DNA of 64,000 nucleotides, from NCBI GenBank assembly GCA_028278755.1, contig JAPYOI010000062.1, positions 4,044 through 68,043 on the forward strand, read 5' to 3'. This document shows positions 19,053 through 28,064 of this stretch, in pieces (the stretch's first letter is position 1; each line of letters opens with the position of its first letter). Under the pieces are notes generated by a model. It worked only from the letters and a program-made list of their open reading frames with translations. It had not been told where the DNA came from and searched no databases. A program made the position numbers and the translations under genes. Source of the stretch: Candidatus Poriferisodalis multihospitum (GTDB taxonomy: Bacteria > Actinomycetota > Acidimicrobiia > Acidimicrobiales > Poriferisodalaceae).

Positions 19053-19577
19053 TCACTCTTTTTCGCCGGCCTCCGCCGCGGGACCGAAATCGTCGGGCTG
19101 CACGTCGTCCAAGAACTGCTTGAACTCGTCGAGGAGCTCATCGGGGTCGACATCGTCGGGGGGATCCGCGGGGAGCTCGATGATCTGCCCCGCTTCGTCC
19201 AGCACCGACTCGCTGGCGAAGATGGGCGTGTCGGCCCGCACGGCCAGTGCGACGGCATCGCTCGGCCGGGCGGAGATCGTGTGGGTGTCCGAGCCGATGG
19301 TGACCTCCATCTCGGCGAAGAAGGTGCGATCGCGCAAGTCGGTGACTGTCACCTTGACCAGCGTCGCTCCGAGGACATCCAAGATGGCCGCCATCAGGTC
19401 GTGCGTGAGGGGCCTCGGCACGCGAATCTGCTCGATGCCGCGATAGATCGCCTGGGCCTCGGGGGTATCGATGACCACCGGCAGCACTCGCTGAGAACCG
19501 CCGGTCTCACGCAGCAACAAGAGCGGGCTCTGCGAGGGCATCTCCACCTGCACGCCAAGAAGCTCCATCTCGACCAT
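19053..19577 (-). CDS. bifunctional nuclease (BFN/DUF151) family protein
   Basis: ..SPLLLLRE..RVLPVVIDTPEAQAI....RPLTHDLM... matches the DUF151 core. Same genomic position as the M. tuberculosis Rv1829 homologue. Confidence 0.8.
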   Translation of the reverse strand: MVEMELLGVQVEMPSQSPLLLLRETGGSQRVLPVVIDTPEAQAIYRGIEQIRVPRPLTHDLMAAILDVLGATLVKVTVTDLRDRTFFAEMEVTIGSDTHTISARPSDAVALAVRADTPIFASESVLDEAGQIIELPADPPDDVDPDELLDEFKQFLDDVQPDDFGPAAEAGEKE

Positions 19578-19629
19578 GCCCGCACACTACTTCGGCCCTT
19601 GCGAGCACCGAGCCCGGAGTGACCTGGTG

Positions 19630-20625
19630 CTATTGCCGGTAGCGGCGCAACGCCTCCCCCATCACCACCGACCGCAAGCGCTCGCACAGCGCCGTCAAAC
19701 GGCCCAAGGACCGCAGCGCGTCGAGCTCCGCCGACGCGCCGCCGGCATGCAGAATCGGCTGGATGCCCTGCTCGAACATGGAGGCATCCCGCGCCGCCGC
19801 ATTGCGGATGACACGCAGGTGGCGAGCCTGCAAACCGTAGGTGGCGAACTCGCGCGAGATGCGGGCAATGAGCAGCGCACTGCTGCCGTAGCGCAGCTCA
19901 GGCGGTTCCAGGCCCAACGAGGCCTGCACTGGGTCGGATGGTGTTGCGCCGGGCTGCGGCGGCGTCAGCCGAGTCGCGTCGTCATCGGCGAGCGGCACGA
20001 GCAACCCAAAATCGGTCAGCTCAGCGATCTCGTCAAGGGTGAGCCCGGTCTCGGCACTCAGGTCGGCTGCGCTATAGGTGCGGGTGTCGTCCTCTGCAGC
20101 CCACGGCAATCCAGTGCCACCAGGAGTCGGTACCTCGGCCGGTTTTCTTGCGCGGACAGCGGGCTCTCGGTTGTCGAGGTCTTGGTTGTCGAGGTCTTGG
20201 TCGCCCGCATCTGGGTCAACGGCCCCGTCGTCAGCCGGCCTCCCGCCTGTCAGACCGGCTGCATGTCCGCCAGCTTCTTCAGACTCAGGCGCTGTCTCAG
20301 CGGCGGCTGGCAACTCGACGGGCTCGGTGACGCCGATGCCCCAGATGTCGGCCAGATGCTCGCCGCGATCGATCCGTTCGCCGATGATGCTGAGCGGCAG
20401 GTACTGATCGCGTTGACGGGTGAGGATCCAGCGCAGCACTTCGATGTCGTGGGATCCGAAGCTGCGGTAGCCGCCCGGCGTGCGGGCAGGCGAGATGAGC
20501 TTGCGATCTTCGAGGAACCGGATCTTGGAATCGGTTAGATCACTGAACTCGGGCCGCAGCAACGCAACGACCTCGCCGATCGACAGTCGTGCTCCAGGTG
20601 AGGAAGGCTGGACTCCGGCGCTCAC
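19630..20625 (-). CDS. MerR family transcriptional regulator (Rv1828-like)
   Basis: N-terminal LSIGEVVALL..SKIRFLEDRKLISPARTPGGYRSF.HDIEVLRWIL is a MerR wHTH. The central region is low-complexity and acidic. Confidence 0.75.
   Translation of the reverse strand: MSAGVQPSSPGARLSIGEVVALLRPEFSDLTDSKIRFLEDRKLISPARTPGGYRSFGSHDIEVLRWILTRQRDQYLPLSIIGERIDRGEHLADIWGIGVTEPVELPAAAETAPESEEAGGHAAGLTGGRPADDGAVDPDAGDQDLDNQDLDNREPAVRARKPAEVPTPGGTGLPWAAEDDTRTYSAADLSAETGLTLDEIAELTDFGLLVPLADDDATRLTPPQPGATPSDPVQASLGLEPPELRYGSSALLIARISREFATYGLQARHLRVIRNAAARDASMFEQGIQPILHAGGASAELDALRSLGRLTALCERLRSVVMGEALRRYRQ
20171..20200. repeat. perfect 15-bp tandem duplication (TTGTCGAGGTCTTGG x2) inside the MerR gene
   Basis: 20171..20185 is identical to 20186..20200. 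In frame, it encodes DQDLDNQDLDN in the acidic linker. Confidence 0.9.
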
Positions 20626-21074
20626 AGCCCGACCGAGGCAACCAGGTAGAGCAGTTTGAACTTGCCCACCTGCAACTCGTCGCCGCTGTGCAAGACGACC
20701 TCGCCGTCGGTGCGAACGCCGTTGATATAGGTGCCGTTCAGCGAACCCACGTCATACAGGATGTGACCCCCGTGACTGAGCTCGAGCACCACATGGCGGC
20801 GTGACACGGTGATGTCGTCCAAGAACACATCGCTGTCGGGGTGGCGACCGACGGTGACGCGGTCGCCGGCCAATTCGAACCGGGTTCCCGACCGGTGCCC
20901 AGAAGTGACCACGAGTTCCGCTTGGCCGCTGTAAGGCGGGACCTCGGTGACACCGACAGGCGAGAGCACCTCGGTGGGCGCATCGGCAGAGGGGTCGAGA
21001 CGCGTCCCGCAGCCCGAGCAGAAGCGTGCATCGTCAGCGTTCGAATACCCGCACCTTCCGCAGACGATGGCCAT
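20622..21074 (-). CDS. FHA domain protein with N-terminal zinc ribbon (GarA/OdhI genomic position)
   Basis: CGRCGYSNADDARFCSGCG zinc ribbon, then the FHA core ..VTVGRHPDSDVFLDDITVSRRH..GSLNGTYING.. Confidence 0.85.
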   Translation of the reverse strand: MAIVCGRCGYSNADDARFCSGCGTRLDPSADAPTEVLSPVGVTEVPPYSGQAELVVTSGHRSGTRFELAGDRVTVGRHPDSDVFLDDITVSRRHVVLELSHGGHILYDVGSLNGTYINGVRTDGEVVLHSGDELQVGKFKLLYLVASVGL

Positions 21075-21079
21075 GACTA

Positions 21080-21481
21080 TCAGATGTCCTCGGCGATCAG
21101 CGCGGCATAGCCATCGGCATCGAGCAGCGCCTCCATCTCGGCGGACGCCTGCGCTGCGTCTTCAGTCGGGGCGATGACGCAGATCCACCCGTCGCTGTAC
21201 GGCGATTCGTTGACCAGCTGCGGCTCGTCCTCGAGGGCGACATTCACCTCGACGACCTCGCCCGAGACCGGCGCAAAGATGTCCGAAACCGACTTGGTGG
21301 ACTCGATTTCGCACATTGGCTCATCGGCGGTGACCTGAGCACCGATCTCGGGCAATTCCACATACACGACATCACCGAGCGCATCCTGTGCGAAATCGGT
21401 AATGCCCACCTGCACCCCGCCATCGGCGGAGCGCACCCATTCGTGATCGCTCGAGTAGCGAAGCTCGGCGGGTATCTCCAT
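21080..21481 (-). CDS. gcvH: glycine cleavage system H protein
   Basis: YSSDHEWV.., ..IESTKSVSDIFAPVSGEVVEVN (lipoyl-lysine motif). Confidence 0.9.
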   Translation of the reverse strand: MEIPAELRYSSDHEWVRSADGGVQVGITDFAQDALGDVVYVELPEIGAQVTADEPMCEIESTKSVSDIFAPVSGEVVEVNVALEDEPQLVNESPYSDGWICVIAPTEDAAQASAEMEALLDADGYAALIAEDI

Positions 21482-21518
21482 GTTCGCGAACCTACCGGAT
21501 AGCTGTCACACCAATAGC

Positions 21519-22199
21519 TCAGCCGCTGGCGTTGCCGGCGCGCCCCTCGCGCACTGCATCGAAGGCCTGGGGGATGTAGCCCACCGCCGACCAGTAGTGG
21601 ATCGGCAGGCCGGTCGCCACGAATATCCAGGCTGCCACTCCGAAGGCCTCCGCCACGCCGATATCGCTGTGGGAAGCCAGGAAGCACGGCACGGCGAACA
21701 TCATGAGAAACGTGCCGGTCTTGCCCCACCAGGTCACGTCGATCTTGCGAGCGCCGAGCGCTCCCAGCACCAGCGCCGCCACGGCGACCACTCCCTCACG
21801 GAACAGTGCCAGCACCGCGATCGGGAGCGGCAGCGAGCCATCGGCGATCATCACGATAAGCGCGACCAGCAGCAGCAGCCGATCGGCAGTGGGATCCAGG
21901 ATCTTGCCGAGCTCGGAGACCTGGTTGAAGCGACGCGCCACCCAGCCGTCGACCCAGTCGGTGGCACCGAGAGCGCCGAGCAGCAATGCGGCAAACCAGC
22001 GGTCCTCGGCACCGAACACCAGCCACACGAACCACGGCAGGCAACACAGGCGAGCCAGGCTGATCAGGTTCGGCACGGTGAATGGCCGCCACCCAGGGTC
22101 GGGGACCGGCGGCGCATCGGAGGCCTCGCTCACGCGGCTCACAGTACTGAGATGCAGTCGGCTCAGCCTCTTAGGCTGCGCGCATGAGCTCCGGCGCAT
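21519..22199 (-). CDS. CDP-alcohol phosphatidyltransferase (PgsA-like)
   Basis: ..GATDWVDGWVARRFNQVSELGKILDPTADRLL.. is the DG(x)2AR(x)8G(x)3D(x)3D motif. The start is uncertain (ATG 22199, or GTG 22142/22133). Confidence 0.75.
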   Translation of the reverse strand: MRRSSCAQPKRLSRLHLSTVSRVSEASDAPPVPDPGWRPFTVPNLISLARLCCLPWFVWLVFGAEDRWFAALLLGALGATDWVDGWVARRFNQVSELGKILDPTADRLLLLVALIVMIADGSLPLPIAVLALFREGVVAVAALVLGALGARKIDVTWWGKTGTFLMMFAVPCFLASHSDIGVAEAFGVAAWIFVATGLPIHYWSAVGYIPQAFDAVREGRAGNASG

Positions 22200-22215
22200 C
22201 CTTAGGATGCGCGCG

Positions 22216-22611
22216 ATGAGCACTGTGTTCACGCGGATCATCGAAGGCGAGCTGCCCGGGACGTTCGTGTGGCGCGACGACCGCTGTGTTGCATTCCTGT
22301 CCATCAATCCGCTGTCGCCGGGTCACACGCTGGTCGTGCCTATCGCCGAGATTGACCACTGGCTGGACGTCCCGGCCGACCTGCAGTCGCACCTGTTCGA
22401 TGTGTCCAGACGCATCGGCCAAGCACAGATGCAGGCTTTGAGACCCGAACGCATCGGTCTGGTGGTCGCCGGCTTCGAAGTGCCTCACTGCCACATTCAT
22501 GTGTGCCCTGTGAACTCGATGGCCGACATGAACTTCGCCCGACCTCTGCCCATGGCCTCGGCCGAGGATCTGAGCGGGCCCGCCGAAGCCATCCGCGCCG
22601 CGCTGGATTAG
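22216..22611 (+). CDS. HIT family (histidine triad) protein
   Basis: MSTVFTRIIEGELPG.. and the ..VPHCHIHVCP.. HxHxH triad. Confidence 0.85.
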   Translation: MSTVFTRIIEGELPGTFVWRDDRCVAFLSINPLSPGHTLVVPIAEIDHWLDVPADLQSHLFDVSRRIGQAQMQALRPERIGLVVAGFEVPHCHIHVCPVNSMADMNFARPLPMASAEDLSGPAEAIRAALD

Positions 22612-23357
22612 AAAAGCCGGTCTGGCGCCGCTTCGGTGGGGTCCGCGGGTTCGACGAGACTGGCATCGCTGTTGCGGACGTTGCCGACGGCGCGGCCGAC
22701 TTGATGCGAGCGCAGAATGCCCTCGGCAGCAGGCGCGCACATAGCCGACAGCATGTCGATGCCGTCGTTAGCGGGATCCAGCCACGCATCCCACGCCGAA
22801 CGCTCCAGCAGCACCGGCATGCGGTCGTGAATCGGCACCATGAAATCATTCGCTGCTGTGGTCAACACCGTTGCGGAGTGCAGCACGCGCCGTTCCGAGA
22901 CTGAGCCACTGCTGTCGGGAGCGTCCCCGGGCGGCCACCACCGCTCCCACAATCCCGCCATGGCGAGCATGCCGCCATCCGTACGCGTGATGTAATGCGG
23001 GAGCGGGCGCTCATCGGGATTCGTCCCCTTCGGCGCTTTTGGCCACTCATAGAAACCATCTGCCGGCACGATGCAGCGACGCCGCACGAACGCGCTGCGG
23101 AACGTGTTCTTGGTGGACGCTGTCTCGGAACGCGCGTTGAACAGCGGCGGGCCCTTCGTGGGGTCCTTGGACCAAGCTGGCACGAGGCCCCAGCGGAACG
23201 TCTCGATTTGGCGGGCGTCGTCGTTGGCCACCACGGCCACGATGTCGGCAGTGGGTGCCACGTTGTAGCTGCGGGGTGCATCGAAACCCGGCAGCGGCGT
23301 GTCGAAGTGCGCAGCTATCTGCTCGAGGCTGGCTGCTGAGACAAACCGTCCGCACAT
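22608..23357 (-). CDS. SOS response-associated peptidase (SRAP/YedK family)
   Basis: Starts MCGRF (catalytic Cys2) when ATG 23357 is used. ..RWGLVPAW.., ..NARSET.., ..PADGFYEW.. Confidence 0.85.
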   Translation of the reverse strand: MCGRFVSAASLEQIAAHFDTPLPGFDAPRSYNVAPTADIVAVVANDDARQIETFRWGLVPAWSKDPTKGPPLFNARSETASTKNTFRSAFVRRRCIVPADGFYEWPKAPKGTNPDERPLPHYITRTDGGMLAMAGLWERWWPPGDAPDSSGSVSERRVLHSATVLTTAANDFMVPIHDRMPVLLERSAWDAWLDPANDGIDMLSAMCAPAAEGILRSHQVGRAVGNVRNSDASLVEPADPTEAAPDRLF

Positions 23358-23390
23358 GCGCATGCCGCCTCGTCGGGTGGCGTCGCCCCG

Positions 23391-25073
23391 CTACACGTAG
23401 GTGGAGCCCTTCATGGCCCCGCGGTCCTGGCGGATCTCCACATTGACCAGTGCCGGCATACCCGAGTCGAAGGCTCGCTGAAGCGCAGGTGCGATCTGGT
23501 CAGGCTCGGTCACGTGCTCGCCGTGGCCACCCATGGCCTCGACCACCTTGTCGTAGCGGGTGTAGTTGAGCTCGGTGGCCACCACCCGGTCCTGGCCGTA
23601 GAGGCCAGCCTGCGGGCGCAGCATCTGGCCCCACGCAGCGTCGTTGCCCACGACTCCCACGATGGGCAGGCCGAATCGCACGGCAGTGTCGTACTCGAAG
23701 CCGTTGAGCCCGAACGAGCCGTCGCCGTAAACGATCAGTACCCGCTTGTCCGGGTGCGCCTTCTGCGCCGCCAGCGCGAACGGCATCCCGACACCGAGCG
23801 TGCCGAGCGGTCCCGGGTCCATCCAGGTGCCGCGCCTGGGCACCCGGATCACCTTGGAGGCCTGGGCCACAATGTCGCCGCCGTCGCCGATCACGATCAT
23901 GTCGTCGGTGACAGCGTCGGCGATCTCGCGGCACAGCCGCAGCGGGTCGATCGGCACCTCGTCGCTGTTGAGCTCGGCACTGCGGGCCTCGTCCAGCTCG
24001 ATCTCGCGCGTGCGCAGCGCCGCAAGCTGTGCGCTGGCGTCCACGGTCACGCCAGTGGCCTTGAACACGTCGAGCAGCGCATCGAAGTTGGCACCGAGGT
24101 TGCCGACGAGACTGACATCGGCGGGGCGGTTCTGGCCGATGAGCGTCTCGTCCAGGTCGAGCTGCACGATGCGGGCGTCTGCGGGGATGGCGCGGCCGAA
24201 CTTCATGCGGAAGTCGAGCGGCGTGCCAGCCAGGATCACCACGTCAGCGGCTTCGAGTGCTTCCTTGCGAGTGAGCGAGAGAAACGACGGGTGATCCCAG
24301 GAGATCTCCCCGCGCGCCATGCCGTTCACGTAACACGGCACAGACGTGGCATCCAGGAATGCCGCCAACGCGTCGCCGCCTTCGCTCCATTTCAGCGCCG
24401 TGCCGGCCATCACGACGGGTCGTTCCGCTGAGGCGATCAACTGGGCTGCCTGTTCCACCAGAGGGGCTGCAGCGGCGGCGGCCACCCGGTAGTCGCGAAA
24501 GCTGGGCACCTCGGCGGCATCAAGATCGACCCGTCCGTGCAGGATGTCCATGGGTATCTCGAGGAAGGCCGGGCCGGGCACGCCGCTGAGCGCCGTGCGC
24601 ACGGCCAACTCGATGTACTCGGCAATGCGGCGGGTTTCCCCGCACGCACCTGACCACTTCGTCACCGGCCGCATGAGCGACACGTGGTCCATCTCCTGCA
24701 GCGAGCCGCGGCCGGCGTGCTTGAACGGCCCCTGTCCGCCGAAGACCAGGATCGGCGAGTTGGCCCGCCAGGCATTCGCCACGCCGGTGACGCCATCGGT
24801 GACCCCGGGGCCAGCGGTGAGGATGGCCACGCCCACCTTGCCCGGGTGCAGGCGCGCCCACGCATCGGCGGCATGCGTCGCTGCTTGCTCATGGCGGACG
24901 TCGATCACGTCGATGCCCTCGTCGAGGCAGCCGTCGTAGATGCCCATGACGTGCCCGCCGGACAGCGTGAACACACATTCCACCCCGGCCGCCTTCAGTG
25001 CCCTTGCGGCGAGCTTGCCGCCGTGGGTCTCGGTGGCCGTCACGCCCAGCGCTCGCCGTTCCTTGCCGCTCAT
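23391..25073 (-). CDS. thiamine diphosphate-dependent enzyme (acetolactate synthase / oxalyl-CoA decarboxylase / 2-hydroxyacyl-CoA lyase-like)
   Basis: ..VFTLSGGHVMGIYDG..VRHEQAATHAADAWAR.. N-domain and a ..GDGSFG.NG.E..T.. TPP-binding motif. ATG 25073 is preceded by GGGGGAGAA. Confidence 0.8.
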   Translation of the reverse strand: MSGKERRALGVTATETHGGKLAARALKAAGVECVFTLSGGHVMGIYDGCLDEGIDVIDVRHEQAATHAADAWARLHPGKVGVAILTAGPGVTDGVTGVANAWRANSPILVFGGQGPFKHAGRGSLQEMDHVSLMRPVTKWSGACGETRRIAEYIELAVRTALSGVPGPAFLEIPMDILHGRVDLDAAEVPSFRDYRVAAAAAAPLVEQAAQLIASAERPVVMAGTALKWSEGGDALAAFLDATSVPCYVNGMARGEISWDHPSFLSLTRKEALEAADVVILAGTPLDFRMKFGRAIPADARIVQLDLDETLIGQNRPADVSLVGNLGANFDALLDVFKATGVTVDASAQLAALRTREIELDEARSAELNSDEVPIDPLRLCREIADAVTDDMIVIGDGGDIVAQASKVIRVPRRGTWMDPGPLGTLGVGMPFALAAQKAHPDKRVLIVYGDGSFGLNGFEYDTAVRFGLPIVGVVGNDAAWGQMLRPQAGLYGQDRVVATELNYTRYDKVVEAMGGHGEHVTEPDQIAPALQRAFDSGMPALVNVEIRQDRGAMKGSTYV

Positions 25074-25115
25074 GTCGTTCTCCCCCTGCGCCAGCACGTG
25101 TTTGATGCTGCTGGC

Positions 25116-28001
25116 CTACGCCAGCACGATGTTCACCAGCTTGCCCGGTACGGTCACCACGCGCCGGATGTCTGCGCCGGCGGTGAGCTGGGCGATGCGT
25201 TCGTCGGCCTTCGCTGCGGCTTCGAGATCGGCGGGCGAGATGCCGGCATCGACCGTGATCCGGCTGCGGACCTTGCCGTTCACCTGCACGGGCACCTCGA
25301 TCAACTCGGCCGCCAACAGCGCCGGATCGGCCTGTGGGAATGGTGCGTAGACCACCGTGGTCGTATTGCCCAGCTTCGACCACAGCTCCTCGGCCAGGTG
25401 CGGCACCAGCGGCGCCAGCAGGCGCACCAGCACGTCGGCGACAGAACGGGGCGTCGCGCCGCCCCGCCGAGTCAGCTCGTTGTTCAGCTCGGTGATGCGC
25501 GCGATCGCCGAGTTGAAGCGCAGATCCGACATGGCATCGGTGACCGCGTCGATGGTTCGGTGCACTAGACGCTCGAGGTCAGCGTCGGGTTCGACATCGG
25601 CGACCGTGATCTCGCCGGTCTCCTCGTCGACCAAGCTCCGCCACACGCGCTGCAGCAGCCGGTGAGAGCCGATCACCGAGTGGGTCTCCCACGGACGGCC
25701 CTGATCCAGCGGACCCATGAACATCTCGTAGGTCCGCAGCGTGTCGGCCCCATACGCGCTGTAGATGTCGTCGGGCGTGACCGCGTTGCGCAGCGACTTG
25801 CCCATCTTGCCGAAGTGACGGGTGACCTCGACATCACCCCAGAAGAACGTGCCGTCCCGCTCGACCACCTCCGAAGCCTCCACGTACACCCCCCGGCTGT
25901 CCTGGTACGCAGCCGCCTGGATGTAGCCCTGGTTGTACAACCGGCCGAACGGCTCGGGACCGCTCACGTGACCCAGGTCGTACAGCACCTTGTGCCAGAA
26001 GCGGGCATACAGCAGGTGCAGCACGGCATGCTCCACACCGCCGACATAGAGATCGACACCCCCGACGCCGCCATCGGGGTCTGCCATCCAATACCGCTCC
26101 ACCTCGGGATTCACCAAGGCTTCGTCGTTGGCGGGATCGAGGTAGCGCAAGTAGTACCAGCACGATCCGGCCCACTGGGGCATCGTGCTCAGCTCACGAC
26201 GGTACGTGCGCGCGCCGTCGCCCAGGTCGTAGGTAGCGGTGGCCCACTCGGTGGCACGACCCAGCGGCGGCTCCGGTTCCGACGACTCGTCCAGCGCTCG
26301 GGGCGCCCAGTCGATCAGCTCGGGCAGCTCCACCGGCAGCTCGCTTTCGGGCACTGCCAATGCAAGACCCGTCTCGTCGAACACGATCGGGAACGGCTCG
26401 CCCCAGTAGCGCTGCCGGCTGAACAGCCAGTCCCGCAGCTTGTAGGTGACCGTGCGGCGGCCGCAGCCCCGCTCGTCCAGCCAGCCGCAGATGGCGTCGA
26501 TGGCATCGGCCTTTTCCAAGCCGTTCAGGAAATCGCTGTTGATGGCCGGCCCGGGACCGTCATAGGCCTCGCCGTCGAAATCTGGCGGCGGCTGCACGGT
26601 GCGCATGATCGGCAGCCCGAACCGGACGGAGAAGTCCCAGTCGCGCTGGTCCTCTCCGGGCACCGACATGACCGCGCCCGTGCCGTAGTCGATCAGCACG
26701 TAGTCGGCGACGAACACCGGCACTGGCGCGCCGCTTGTGGGCACGCGGCAGTTCACGCCCAGCCACACACCGGTCTTGTCGCGCTCGGTCTGGCGCTGCA
26801 AGTCGGTCATCGCTGCTGCCTGGGCGCGGTACGCGTCGAGGGCCTCACGGGGCGTAGCTGCACCCCCAGTCCAGCGCTGATCGGTGCCAGAGGGCCACAC
26901 GTCTGCGACCAGCTCGTCGACGAGCGGGTGCTCGGGCGCCAGCAGCATCGCCGTCGTCCCGTAGATCGTGTCGGGACGGGTGGTGAATACCTCGATGGCT
27001 GGGCCGGAGCTGTTCGCATTGGAGATGGCTGGACCGGAACTGCCGGGCTCGGCGTCGGTCGCGAAGCTGATGTATGCGCCTTCGCTTCGGCCGATCCAGT
27101 TGCGCTGCATGAGCTTGACGCTCTCGAACCAGTCCACCCGGTCGAGGTCGGCCAGCAGCCGGTCGGCATACGCCGTGATGCGCATCATCCACTGCTTCAT
27201 CGGGCGGCGGAAGACCGGATGGTTGCCCCGGTCGGACCGCCCCTCGTTGGTGACCTCCTCATTGGCCAGCACCGTTCCCAGCGCAGGGCACCAGTTGACC
27301 GGTGCTTCGCCCAAGTAGGCCAGGCGGTGCTCGTCGAGCTCGGTACGCCGCTCAACGTCGCTCATCCCGGCCCACACAGCTCCGCTGGTGGTGGCCTTCT
27401 GCCCCTTCTCGAATAGCTCGATCAACTCCGCTATCGGGCGGGCTCGCTGCGCGTCGGTGTCGTACCAGGAATTGAAGATCTGCAGGAAGATCCACTGCGT
27501 CCAGCGGTAGTACGCGACATCGGTCGTGGCCAGCGATCGCTGGTCGTCGTGCCCGAGCCCCAGCCGAGCCAGCTGGCGCGACATGTTGGCAATGTTCTGC
27601 TCCGTATTGACGCGGGGGTGCTCACCGGTCTGGCGGGCATGCTCCTCAGCCGGCAGGCCGAATGCGTCGTAGCCCATCGGGTGCAGCACCACGTAGCCGC
27701 ACATGCGCTTGAAACGTGCATACACGTCGGTGCCGATGTAGCCCAGCGGGTGCCCCACATGCAGTCCCGAACCCGACGGGTACGGGAACATGTCCATGAT
27801 GAAGAGCTTGTTCTTGTTGGTCGCCGGATCCGCCGGCGACGTGCCGGGATTGGGTGTGCGGTAAGTGCCTTCGGCTCTCCACCTCTCCTGCCAGCGCAGC
27901 TCGATCTCGTTCGCCATCTCGGCGTTGTAGCGATACGGAGGGAGCTCGCTCCCCTCAGCTGAATGCGCGACAGCGACATCGGCCGATGAGGGGGAATTCA
28001 T
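25116..28001 (-). CDS. leuS: leucine--tRNA ligase
   Basis: 961 aa. ..FPYPSGSGLHVGHPLGY (HIGH region) and ..FGKMGKSLRN (KMSKS). Editing domain present. Confidence 0.95.
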   Translation of the reverse strand: MNSPSSADVAVAHSAEGSELPPYRYNAEMANEIELRWQERWRAEGTYRTPNPGTSPADPATNKNKLFIMDMFPYPSGSGLHVGHPLGYIGTDVYARFKRMCGYVVLHPMGYDAFGLPAEEHARQTGEHPRVNTEQNIANMSRQLARLGLGHDDQRSLATTDVAYYRWTQWIFLQIFNSWYDTDAQRARPIAELIELFEKGQKATTSGAVWAGMSDVERRTELDEHRLAYLGEAPVNWCPALGTVLANEEVTNEGRSDRGNHPVFRRPMKQWMMRITAYADRLLADLDRVDWFESVKLMQRNWIGRSEGAYISFATDAEPGSSGPAISNANSSGPAIEVFTTRPDTIYGTTAMLLAPEHPLVDELVADVWPSGTDQRWTGGAATPREALDAYRAQAAAMTDLQRQTERDKTGVWLGVNCRVPTSGAPVPVFVADYVLIDYGTGAVMSVPGEDQRDWDFSVRFGLPIMRTVQPPPDFDGEAYDGPGPAINSDFLNGLEKADAIDAICGWLDERGCGRRTVTYKLRDWLFSRQRYWGEPFPIVFDETGLALAVPESELPVELPELIDWAPRALDESSEPEPPLGRATEWATATYDLGDGARTYRRELSTMPQWAGSCWYYLRYLDPANDEALVNPEVERYWMADPDGGVGGVDLYVGGVEHAVLHLLYARFWHKVLYDLGHVSGPEPFGRLYNQGYIQAAAYQDSRGVYVEASEVVERDGTFFWGDVEVTRHFGKMGKSLRNAVTPDDIYSAYGADTLRTYEMFMGPLDQGRPWETHSVIGSHRLLQRVWRSLVDEETGEITVADVEPDADLERLVHRTIDAVTDAMSDLRFNSAIARITELNNELTRRGGATPRSVADVLVRLLAPLVPHLAEELWSKLGNTTTVVYAPFPQADPALLAAELIEVPVQVNGKVRSRITVDAGISPADLEAAAKADERIAQLTAGADIRRVVTVPGKLVNIVLA

Positions 28002-28064
28002 GCGGGAAAGGATGCCACGGTCACCCGCAAATCACTAAGAGAGAGCCACATTCCCGTCCGGAAG

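Noticed and set aside
26990-27060. Short internal repeat in leuS (..GSSGPAISNANSSGPAIEV..), considered as possible repeat-mediated insertion or mobile DNA.
   Set aside because: It is in frame, lies inside a variable surface region of LeuRS, and is only a ~20-nt imperfect duplication. It is most simply a slippage duplication with no independent feature.
28002-28064. T-box or attenuator leader for leuS (and for trpS at 54811..54895).
   Set aside because: The leaders are only about 60 to 85 nt. That is too short for a T-box, there is no specifier or T-box sequence, and there is no leader peptide enriched in Leu or Trp codons.
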